In this document: piece by piece, positions 9,833 through 18,713 of the stretch
Layout: each line of letters begins with the position of its first letter
Numbering within the stretch: the first letter of the stretch is position 1
Assembly (NCBI GenBank): GCA_000004985.1
Contig: GG738845.1
Source: Naegleria gruberi
Taxonomy: Eukaryota
Length of the DNA stretch: 64,000 nucleotides
Direction: 5' to 3' (one strand)
The notes under the pieces: generated by a model
What the model saw: only the letters and a program-made list of their open reading frames with translations
What the model was told of the DNA's origin: nothing
The model's database searches: none
Translations under genes and position numbers: made by a program

Positions 9833-11773
9833 ATGGAGAATAACTATGCACCTTCGCCAAGCACGGATGAACCCTCATTTTTACCTCCTCTTCCATCTGT
9901 TTTTGAATTATTTGAGGGAGTCAAGACGAGAATATATGACCTCCTGAATGAATCGAAAAATATACTGCCTATTGAATATAATAGTATATCTTCAAGGTGT
10001 GTGGCTCTTGTGTTTGATTTTAAAAAAACTGAGCAAATGAATCACCTTACTGAAGAGGATAAGAACTATTATTTATGCAATGTAATGGTTCATGAAATTC
10101 ACGATACCTTGCACTCTTTGCACGATATCGCTGAAGATAAAGTTGTGAAGGGTGAGGAACTTTCCACAAAGGAAGTACAATTTATTAAGGACCTAACAGA
10201 GCAATACAGTACATCATTGGAAGATATTCTACCAGAATTGGAATCAATGACACAATCTAAGGACCATGTTATAATCATGGATTCTGTTGTCGAAGATGGA
10301 AATAGTAATAGTAAAAAAAAGATGGAGTTTATGGAATTGAAAAATAATTTACATGCATTAAGTTTGGACATTATTTCAAAATTTGAAAACACTCATATTG
10401 CAATGGTTAACGAGCAATTTTTGTACTATTGTGTTGTCATTGTTGACAACATGAAAATAAGACATTTGTTCTTGACTAGTTATAGAATATACCTCACCTC
10501 TCAAGATTTAACCATTAAGAAAGTAATTGAATTGTATGACTTGTTGAAAATATCGAAAATTCAAAATGAAAATATAACCATATCAATAATTGGAAATAGA
10601 GGAATGAACATATTCTCAACAGATATTGCTAAACTTAGAGATGAATTATTCAAGGCAACAGATTTGTACAAGACTCCTCTGCAAGATACAAACCATGGCA
10701 ATAATACCGCAACAACATCTACTATGAATATCTCAAATAATAACATTACAAGTCCAAACTCTGAAGATGGTGTAAAAATTCAAGTGCTAATTCGTAAGGC
10801 TGATAAATTGAGACCTTCTCCAAAGAAAAGACAAGATAACCCAATTTTCTATATGGGTATTGGAAATCCTGAACACTTTGGTCAGAATCGTGATGAGAGA
10901 TTGAAAAGTATCAGTGTAAAGTCTGGAAGATCTCCAGAGTGGAATGAACAGTACAATCTTACTATCTATCCAAATAATGAACTATTGTTAGACGTTAGGT
11001 TGTATTCTAAAGTTGGTGCAACAAAGAATGATTTTGCCTATGGTGTTGTCAATATCCCACTCAAAGAAATTCTCTTCCCAAATGACAGTAATGAGATGAA
11101 ACCAGAACTAAAAGGAAAGTGGGAAATTTGGTGTGGTATGAGTAAAACAGACAATAGTAGAAAAGAAGTGATTGGCGACTTGTATGCAACAATCAAGTTA
11201 GAGAGTCAAGTGTTACCAGAATGGCTCAACTCCCAAAAACAAGTTTTCCAATTGCCACTCATTTGCTTGTACAATAGATTTGTAATCTTTGAAAATTGCA
11301 ATGAAGTTCCTTATGTTTATGGTAATATTTCTGATGAGAAGAGTGAAATTGTTGGAATAGTCCAACAATCTTCCAATAATCTTACCAATTTAATTGACAC
11401 AAAGAATCGAAAGAAGATTTACACTTTGGAAAAGAGTTCATTCTTGAAAAAGGAATACACAATAAGAGATGCTCAAGGACATGTATTTGCTAAGTGTTTC
11501 CACAAGATGAAAACAATCAGAAAGAAAAAGATTAGAATGTACCTTGTCAATGGAGAATATTTGTATTCTATGGAAGGAGGTTGTTTTGATGATAAGAAGA
11601 ATAATAATGAAGCTTTGATTTTGAACAGTTTGGGTTATCCAGTTGCTAGTGTTTTGTTTGGTGACAAGATTAATCCAAGAGGAAATATGATGATAGTCAC
11701 TGTTTTAGATTCTCTGGTAGATCGACCTTTATTAGTAACTTTTTGTTTGTATGTGTTGAGAACAAGTAATTAA
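9833..11773 (+). CDS. C2 domain-containing protein, function unknown
   Basis: It is a single 646-aa ORF with an ATG in an A-rich context. The central region resembles a C2 beta-sandwich (VKIQVLIRKADKL...NPIFYMGIGNPEH...SPEWNEQYNLTIYPNNELLLDVRLYS). Its stop lies only about 20 nt from the stop of the convergent Beclin gene. Confidence 0.5.
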   Translation: MENNYAPSPSTDEPSFLPPLPSVFELFEGVKTRIYDLLNESKNILPIEYNSISSRCVALVFDFKKTEQMNHLTEEDKNYYLCNVMVHEIHDTLHSLHDIAEDKVVKGEELSTKEVQFIKDLTEQYSTSLEDILPELESMTQSKDHVIIMDSVVEDGNSNSKKKMEFMELKNNLHALSLDIISKFENTHIAMVNEQFLYYCVVIVDNMKIRHLFLTSYRIYLTSQDLTIKKVIELYDLLKISKIQNENITISIIGNRGMNIFSTDIAKLRDELFKATDLYKTPLQDTNHGNNTATTSTMNISNNNITSPNSEDGVKIQVLIRKADKLRPSPKKRQDNPIFYMGIGNPEHFGQNRDERLKSISVKSGRSPEWNEQYNLTIYPNNELLLDVRLYSKVGATKNDFAYGVVNIPLKEILFPNDSNEMKPELKGKWEIWCGMSKTDNSRKEVIGDLYATIKLESQVLPEWLNSQKQVFQLPLICLYNRFVIFENCNEVPYVYGNISDEKSEIVGIVQQSSNNLTNLIDTKNRKKIYTLEKSSFLKKEYTIRDAQGHVFAKCFHKMKTIRKKKIRMYLVNGEYLYSMEGGCFDDKKNNNEALILNSLGYPVASVLFGDKINPRGNMMIVTVLDSLVDRPLLVTFCLYVLRTSN

Positions 11774-11793
11774 ATATATTGTAAAATAATAAA

Positions 11794-13773
11794 TTATCTA
11801 GAAACGCAAAAGGAAATCAAATATTTCAAGTCTGTAAGTACATATTTACATGAACGAGTCCAGTTTGCATCATCTCCAAGTTTAATGGTTTTTCCACCAA
11901 TTTTGTCGTCTTGAATCCTGAAAATGAATGAGTATGATTATGAAAATTGTAAAACTTACTTGTAAGGTAACTCAAAATAGGTATCTTGTTTTTCTGCAAA
12001 AGTGCCTATTTCTTTTAGGCAATGAAGAAAAGCAACCATCGCCTTGTCAAACTTAGATTGCCAAAATAAACCGCCATTACTTCCACCTCCGAATAGATCA
12101 TAACTATTCTTGTTATCTAAAGTTTCAATTCTTGAAAAACTGCCCATTGGAATAATCTTGTATTTTGAAAATGCAAAGTGTTTGTGTTTTGACAAGGAGA
12201 AAAGCAAAAGTGCTGCCTGACCCCATGCAGCATTAATTTCATTCCATTCAACGTTTTGTGTTGGTAATCTTCCTAATCTAAAGTTATTGATTGTTCCGAA
12301 ATGGCCTTCATACCAAATGTGGAATGCATCATTAAAAACATTGGTGCTATTGAGTTTTTCCATTTCCTTTGTGACATGTATGATACGTTGTTGGATAGCC
12401 TCTCGTTCTTCATTATAGAGCAAAAGTTCGTTGTGAAAATCATTGTATTCTTTCCAGTAACTCTCTTGAAGGTTTGTAAATTTATCCTCTTTTTCTGTCT
12501 GGTGCTTTTCACGTAAGCTCAACTCTTCTTCCTCTTTTTGTAAAAGGTCCAACTCCTTACGAAGTAATTTCTCTTCTTCCTCTAGTAAGTCGAGCTCATT
12601 TTGTAAATCTGCTTCATTTTTCATACCAGATGATTCTTCAATTATTTTAGATTTGAAATTGGTATAAATAGCTTCTTCCTCCTTTGTCTTTTCCAATTGT
12701 TGATTCAATTGAGATGATACCTGTTCCATACACTCTATACAAAGTGGAGAATCCAATTGAGTAACATCGGATAAATATTGATACAATTGTTTTACATATT
12801 CTACATTCATTTCGTACTCCTCATTGGATATTACACACTTGTCCAAAAAATCAACATCCTCGTTCAATTGATTCATTCTTTGTTGAAGTTTCATTTGTTG
12901 TTGTTCTTTTTCTAATTGTAATTGTCTTAATTGTTGTTGCTCTTTTTTCTTTGCATTTGGATTGAAGGAAAATCTCTTTTTATCCTGTTGAGTCAATTTT
13001 TGTAATGGATTATTTGGTGTTGTTGGTCTAGGATCTTTTACTGCATCTGTTTTTCTTGGCAATGCAAAGGAAACATTTTTTGAGAGAGAAGACGACAAAA
13101 TTTCAGCACTTGGTTGATCTGAATTGGTTGGTAAATAGCCTGAACTTTCATTTAAAGATGTTAAAGGGCTTGATTCATAAGTTCCCATATATGAGGTAGG
13201 AGTAAAAGAATTATCTGTTGGTTGACCATCACTATTTTCAGATTCTTCGAATGATGACATATTCTGATCATAATTTAAATTATAAAATGATGGATCATAA
13301 ACTTTTAAGAATGCTCGTTTTGGAGGATTTTCTTCATCACCATTTGTCTCGAACATTATTTGAACAACCTGATGTTTACACCTATAACAAACAGCACTGT
13401 GTACAGCCTTTTTATACTTTGGAAAATATAACATTTCTGATAATTGTTGAACATCATCAGCCGACAGTTGAGGTGTTGCTTCCGATGATGAAATTGATTG
13501 TAATAAATTTTGATGATGAGGTGGGAGAGGAGTGTGCTGATAATAATAACTAAGAGCTGTTGTTGCTGCATTGATATTACTAACACCTGATGTTCCATTT
13601 GTTGCTTGTTGACTTGTTGAATTGGAGGATCCTGTTGATGTTGTTGTTGACGATCCAAGAATTGCATTCGAAATGTTATTGGTCAACACCTGTGGTGTGT
13701 TGTTATTCGTTCGTAATGCGGAAAGATTCGGCACTGATCGTGTGGAGGATAGTGAACCCTTGTTTTTTCTCAT
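11794..13773 (-). CDS. BECN1: Beclin-1 / Atg6 / Vps30 (PI3K-III complex subunit). Two exons: 11960..13773 and 11794..11917, with a 42-nt intron at about 11918..11959.
   Basis: The BARA domain matches human Beclin. [41 protein letters not shown] matches [41 protein letters not shown]. There is a CxxC...CxxC motif and a coiled coil. After LPYK a GTAAGT...TTTTCAG intron restores the conserved tail. IQDDKIGGKTIKLGDDANWTRSCKYVLTDLKYL aligns with the human tail [37 protein letters not shown]. Confidence 0.85.
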
Positions 13774-13967
13774 TTTTTTACAATTTAAATAGAATAAATA
13801 ATAATTAATTGTAAATTTCTCAAGATTATATCATCACTTCCAATAAGAGTGTGTTTAATCAAAATACTACCAATTAATTTTATTGTTGTAATAATGGCAA
13901 TAACAATTTTTTCTTCAATTTACGCCATATTGCCCCTTCCTTCTTACTTTGGATAAGAAAAAATTGT

Positions 13968-15113
13968 GTGATAAATGTGGGCAACACAAGTCATCAATTA
14001 ATTGACAAAACAAATACATCCACCCTATCATCAAACGGAATTTGGAGAAAAAGAAATATTTTCTCTCCGATGACTACTTCCTCCACTTCTTACCTCCAAA
14101 ATACAACAACACATTCCTCTCTTTTAACTTGTAATAATAGTAGTATTAAATCATCAAATATTTCAAACAATACCGTAATGAATAATAGTGCCTCCTCTTC
14201 TCCAATGATCAATTCACAAGAAATTCAATCATCACAGGAGGAAGAAAATAGGACACCACTAATCAAGCTAAATGTAAAACCAATACCTAAATTATTTACT
14301 GTTTTAAATTATCCTATAATAATTATAATGTCAATTATGAATGTTTTTTATTCATTATTTGTGAATAGTTGGAACTTTTTGCATTCATTATTTTCTCCCC
14401 CACAATCTAAGAAAAAGAAACAAAGAAAATCAAAGGAATATGATAATTCAACTCAAAATAGTTCCACTTCTTCAAATTCCTCCTCGAGCTCTTTACCCCC
14501 ACTGGGGTTCTTGTCTGTTCTGTCAGGTAGGACAAGCCGTTCCAATTCTAATGCTGAAAAACCAACACAACAATCAAAAAAGTTTTTAATTTTGGACTTG
14601 GATGAAACATTAATTCACGCCAGCACTACACCACCAAGAGCTGATCATGAGAGATTGTACAATTATATTTTGGATGTTCAAATAGATCATGTAAATTGTA
14701 CATTTTATGTTTCTGAAAGGCCTCATTTGAAATTATTTATGGAAAAAGTATGTGAATGGTATAATGTTGTAATTTTTACAGCTAGTGTTAAAAATTATGC
14801 AAACCCAGTCATTGATAGATTATACCATTCTGATAAGATTGTAAAACGATTATTTAGATCATCATGTTATGTCACTGAACATGGTGTCTATGTAAAAGAT
14901 TTGAAAACAGTGACTGATGATCTCAGTAAATGTATGATCATCGACAATAGTCCTATATCTTACATGTGGTACCAAGAAAATGCAATTCCAATTTCAAATT
15001 GGATGGGAGATAATGAACGTGACAGAGCTTTGCTAAATTTACTGCCCTTCTTGGAAGCAATGAGACATTTGGAAGATGTAAAATCAATATTATCTTTTAG
15101 AATTGGTTTATAA
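13968..15113 (+). CDS. CTDNEP1: CTDNEP1/Dullard/Nem1-like membrane-anchored FCP/SCP-family phosphatase
   Basis: It has the DxDxT catalytic motif (FLILDLDETLIHAS). Similarity runs the length of the NIF domain. The C-terminus DRALLNLLPFLEAMRHLEDVKSILS matches Dullard [25 protein letters not shown]. A hydrophobic segment (IIIIMSIMNVFYSLFVNSW) precedes the catalytic domain. The ORF track start is GTG; the true start is uncertain, and the first in-frame ATG is near 14070. Confidence 0.7.
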   Translation: MINVGNTSHQLIDKTNTSTLSSNGIWRKRNIFSPMTTSSTSYLQNTTTHSSLLTCNNSSIKSSNISNNTVMNNSASSSPMINSQEIQSSQEEENRTPLIKLNVKPIPKLFTVLNYPIIIIMSIMNVFYSLFVNSWNFLHSLFSPPQSKKKKQRKSKEYDNSTQNSSTSSNSSSSSLPPLGFLSVLSGRTSRSNSNAEKPTQQSKKFLILDLDETLIHASTTPPRADHERLYNYILDVQIDHVNCTFYVSERPHLKLFMEKVCEWYNVVIFTASVKNYANPVIDRLYHSDKIVKRLFRSSCYVTEHGVYVKDLKTVTDDLSKCMIIDNSPISYMWYQENAIPISNWMGDNERDRALLNLLPFLEAMRHLEDVKSILSFRIGL

Positions 15114-15149
15114 AATCAAAATAATCTCCTTTATTCATTTTAGAATTAG

Positions 15150-15515
15150 TTAATTATCTTTTAGATATTCTTCATATTGTTGAGGGGTAATGCATTTTTT
15201 GAATGAAAATGCATGAATTCCTTTCATTTCTTCTTGGAGTTTAGTATTGACAAGTCTTTGCCTTTCCAATAATTTCTTTCCCTCAAATTCAGGGCTTACA
15301 ATAAATACAGAAAATGCTAATTTGCAAGTAATTTAATAAAATTTAATTAAATTTAATAAATACCGCTTCCACACCCTCCACTATTATTTGATTAATGATG
15401 ATAATTAATTTATTTTGAACCTTAAAACATACCTTTGATCTTCCACTTGAACAAAGGTTGCTCCGATTCTTTCTTTTAATAATTCTTCAAGTTTTGATGC
15501 AGTTAATACACTCAT
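15150..15515 (-). CDS. BOLA2: BolA2-like protein (Fe-S assembly/Grx partner), not in the ORF track. Three exons: 15433..15515, 15364..15380 and 15150..15316.
   Basis: The spliced product is [88 protein letters not shown]. This is very similar to human BOLA2 (HVEVEDTT..CSCSFRVLVVSAKFEGKPLLQRHRLVNACLAEELPHIHAFEQKTLTPDQW). The introns are GTATGT...AATAG (52 nt) and GTATTT...AATTAG (47 nt). The ATG lies in a tttaaaaaATG context. Confidence 0.8.
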
Positions 15516-15693
15516 TTTTTAATGTAACTACCTGACCGAAGCGATGGACTCCATGCCTCTACTATTAATCTTTTTAGTCATTGTTTTTTATTCTATTCAG
15601 TTACTAGTATTAAAAGATGATGAGAAACTGTGAACTTTAAACTCTTATAAACAATACAGAATATGAAGTTTTACAAATTAATCATTTAAAAAA

Positions 15694-16404
15694 ATGGGTG
15701 CTTTTCTTTCTCTTTTCAAAGGTGCAAATTTGACCCAATCAAGAATTTTAATATTAGGTTTGGATAATAGTGGTAAAACCAGTTTACTGATAAAGATGGG
15801 CCTGGTGACTAGTAGTAGTGATAAGAAATCTTCAAAATCCCAAACTGATTTGGATGATGATTTAACGGTGACGCCAACAATTGGCTACAATGTAAAGGAA
15901 TTTTCGTACAAAGGAGTTGTTTTTAATTGTTGGGATTTAGGAGGACAAAAGAACATTAGAAGTCTTTGGAGTAAGTGCTTCAAAATAGTTTCCGTTTTGA
16001 ATTTAATTTATTATTATATTTTCATCATCTGACAATTTAATTTATTTTACTTAATGACATTAATAGAACATTATTATAAAGGATCAAATGGTATTATATA
16101 TATTGTAGATAGCGCAGATCATAATAGATTAAAAGAATCTAAACAAGAATTATTTCATCTATTGGAAGATCCTGATCTGAAGAATGTTCCGGTTTTAATT
16201 TTTGCTAACAAGAGAGACAAGGAAGGTGCTATTTCTGCAACTGAATTGATTGCAAAATTTGAATTGGAAGACTCGTTACAGTTTGTTAATGGAAAACATG
16301 ATTGGTATGTTGAAAGTGTGAGCACAGTCACAGGTGAAGGTATTGAAAGTGGATTGAAATGGCTGGTCTCTAAACTGAAACAAAAACCATCAAAAGATAA
16401 CTAG
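15694..16404 (+). CDS. ARF-like (ARL) small GTPase. Two exons: 15694..15970 and 16067..16404.
   Basis: The N-terminus MGAFLSLFKG has an N-myristoylation Gly2. The P-loop is GLDNSGKTS. WDLGGQ is present. After the GTAAGT...TAATAG intron (96 nt, phase 1) the sequence reads LWKHYYKGSNGIIYIVD and NKRDK. There is an unusual S/K-rich insert between G1 and switch I. Confidence 0.8.
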
Positions 16405-16600
16405 GATGTATTTTACTTGTACTTTATTCAATAATAATATTCAATACTCTCTTTATTTATTAAGAGCTGAGCTTCTTTTAACTTGTAAATAAATCCAAAT
16501 AATTCTCTTGTTTTTCAAATTCAATTATTTTGCTGATTAAAAAAAATTGCAAATACAAGTTGTTAAAATTTCGTATTTCCATCACAAACAATATAACAAA

Positions 16601-17140
16601 ATGGAGACTCGGGACGTTAGATTAATATTTAATTACACCACCAAAATTGCTAAAAGCTATAACTTGAGACCAGAAATAACAAAATCAAAAGGAATTTCTA
16701 TCAATAGTATACCGTCACTTTTGAATCAATTAAAATCACGAGAGGAAAATGCTTCAGATGCAGAACATTTGGATTACATGAAGACCAGTTTATCTATTTA
16801 TTCATTACCACTCTTTACAGTTCCTGAAATTATGGAAGGAAAACATAAAACCTCATCAACAACAACAACAACTGAAGAGGAGGAAGAAAAACCTGAAGTT
16901 ATTGCAATCACTGATGAAACAAATGATGAGAATATCCAAACAGAAGTTATCTCCGAAGAACAACAAGAACCAGAGGAAACTGTACAACCTGAGGAACCAG
17001 CTGTTGAAGAAAAGAAATCAAAGAAGGATAAAAAGAACAAGAAGGATAAAAAGGAGGATAAGAAAGATAAAAAGAATGATAAACCAAAAGGAATAACAAA
17101 GTTGGAAAAGATGAAAGAAAAGTTACACAAAAAGAAATGA
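16601..17140 (+). CDS. Hypothetical protein with an acidic middle region and a C-terminal KKDKK-repeat tail
   Basis: It is in frame in ORF 16547..17140, and the first ATG is at 16601. The C-terminus has lysine/aspartate repeats (KKSKKDKKNKKDKKEDKKDKKNDK). No confident family was found. Confidence 0.4.
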   Translation: METRDVRLIFNYTTKIAKSYNLRPEITKSKGISINSIPSLLNQLKSREENASDAEHLDYMKTSLSIYSLPLFTVPEIMEGKHKTSSTTTTTEEEEEKPEVIAITDETNDENIQTEVISEEQQEPEETVQPEEPAVEEKKSKKDKKNKKDKKEDKKDKKNDKPKGITKLEKMKEKLHKKK

Positions 17141-17189
17141 TCACCTTATTAAATTTATTTATTTTAAAAGATGACAGATACCCTAGATA

Positions 17190-18215
17190 TTATTTCATTA
17201 CAAACTTGTTACAAAACGTTTTTAAAAAGTCATCAAAAGGAACTGTCTTATCTTTCAAAAGAACCTGCACTATTTCACTATCACCCTTCTTTTCCAAATT
17301 TACATTCAACTTAAACTGACCTAGTTGATAGCTGTCATCTGAGCATCTCTTAATGGTTATATTATTATTTCTTAGGGTTTGTTCTATTGGTTTAATACTA
17401 GCAGTAATCAGCTCATCGATTCGGTCATTCTTATTGGATGTGGATGTTTTGGTTTTTAATCCTTCAATTTCCTTCCTCAGCTCTGTTATCTTATTTTCCA
17501 ATATTAATTTAGAGTGCTCATTTTCACATCTTAGCTTTTCGATTTGCTTCTCCAGATTCATTACATAATTCGTCAGATCCTTCACTTGATCTTTTAATTT
17601 TTGATTTTCAACAAGAATATTTGGAAATACTTCATGAATTTTCTCCTTCAACGTATTCATTAGGAGTAAATGTTCCTTGTTTGTTGAATAAAGAGATTGT
17701 GAAAGAGTAAGATTATTCTTCTGAAGTTGTTCGATTTTATCTTTCATCTGTTCCATTTCTTTCTCTGCTGAGCCAGTCTTGAGTACATTTTGCATCTCAT
17801 CCCAAGAAAGAGCCGAGCTATCTATCGATGTTGATGACTGAGACATGTCAGAGTAACGGTTTGATGAAGTTGTTGTCATTAATAATTTTTGTAAATTGTC
17901 TTTTCTTGTTGAAGAGTGTCCACTGATGGAACTAAATCTACTCGAATTACTTTCGTTACTGACTGTTGATTTTGTATCGTCAAGATCCTCTCCGAATGCT
18001 GAGTTATTGTTGCTGCTACTACTGCCTGTATTTACTAAATCACTCGAGTTTAAATTATGATGAAAATTATTTAGATGATTATTTGTATTATTCGAAGGAC
18101 TATAGGTTTTTAATGATGATGATATGAGGTTTCCATTGGTTTGAATTGAAGTGTTATTGCTTGGTTGATTCGACAAATCCGAAAGCCAACTGAGACCTCT
18201 TTGGTTTGTATTCAT
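17190..18215 (-). CDS. Coiled-coil protein with an S/N-rich N-terminus
   Basis: This is ORF 17190..18296 trimmed to the first Met (MNTNQRGLSW). The longer ORF overlaps the tRNA gene. The central heptad-rich region is LEKQIEKLRCENEHSKLILENKITELRKEIEGLK. Function is unknown. Confidence 0.45.
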   Translation of the reverse strand: MNTNQRGLSWLSDLSNQPSNNTSIQTNGNLISSSLKTYSPSNNTNNHLNNFHHNLNSSDLVNTGSSSSNNNSAFGEDLDDTKSTVSNESNSSRFSSISGHSSTRKDNLQKLLMTTTSSNRYSDMSQSSTSIDSSALSWDEMQNVLKTGSAEKEMEQMKDKIEQLQKNNLTLSQSLYSTNKEHLLLMNTLKEKIHEVFPNILVENQKLKDQVKDLTNYVMNLEKQIEKLRCENEHSKLILENKITELRKEIEGLKTKTSTSNKNDRIDELITASIKPIEQTLRNNNITIKRCSDDSYQLGQFKLNVNLEKKGDSEIVQVLLKDKTVPFDDFLKTFCNKFVMK

Positions 18216-18288
18216 TTTTTCCCGCTTTAATTGACTACAAACAGCAAAAAAATAATAATTTATTTGATTTTTTACATAAAAAACCAAT

Positions 18289-18361
18289 CGCCCCACGTGG
18301 GGCTCGAACCCACGACCGTTGGATTAAAAGTCCAACGCTCTACCGACTGAGCTAGCGGGGC
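18289..18361 (-). tRNA. tRNA-Lys(UUU): tRNA-Lys (anticodon UUU)
   Basis: The reverse complement reads GCCCCGCTAGCTCAGTCGGTAGAGCGTTGGACTTTTAATCCAACGGTCGTGGGTTCGAGCCCCACGTGGGGCG. It forms a canonical cloverleaf. The acceptor stem is 7 bp including one G-U pair. The D-arm is GCTC/GAGC. The anticodon loop is CTTTTAA. The T-arm is GTGGG-TTCGAGC-CCCAC. The discriminator base is G. Confidence 0.9.
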
Positions 18362-18447
18362 TGCTCGTAAACTAATTATAATAATCCGTATTATATTGGA
18401 ACACAATAAATTTTTCGCTAGTGGTTTTTACATCAATCTCTGGTTAA

Positions 18448-18495
18448 TTTTCTGATTGACGTGTGAAATGTAATGGTACCTCGTCAATCAGAAAA
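18448..18495. repeat. Perfect 14-bp inverted repeat (hairpin) 90-135 nt upstream of the tRNA-Lys gene
   Basis: ttttctgattgacg at 18448-18461 and cgtcaatcagaaaa at 18482-18495 are exact reverse complements. They are separated by a 20-nt loop. Confidence 0.6.
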
Positions 18496-18667
18496 CAGCA
18501 AACTGTAATGACTTTACAATTTTTTGCATTTCCGAAGAGAGGAAGTATCAATAAAAAACACTTTGACATTTTATTCTGGAAATGAAACTCTAATATTGGA
18601 AGTAAATTACAATAAATTTGAATGATGATGACGTGTTAATGTGCTTGTTGGGAAACATTGTTTCTCA

Positions 18668-18698
18668 TGTGTTGCTGTACCAGTTTGCAAGCAACACA
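18668..18698 (-). terminator. Stem-loop just downstream of the IRE1 stop codon; a possible 3'-end hairpin
   Basis: tgtgttgc and gcaacaca form an 8-bp stem around a 15-nt loop. It lies 16-46 nt past the IRE1 stop (18714-18716) on the minus-strand transcript. ORF-track entry 18665..18847 overlapping it is judged spurious. Confidence 0.3.
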
Positions 18699-18713
18699 AT
18701 AAAAATTATCACT

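Noticed and set aside
17020-17090. Imperfect AAGAAGGATAAAAAG tandem repeat as a microsatellite or non-coding repeat
   Set aside because: It is in frame in the 16601..17140 CDS and encodes the KKDKK tail. It is coding low-complexity, not an intergenic repeat.
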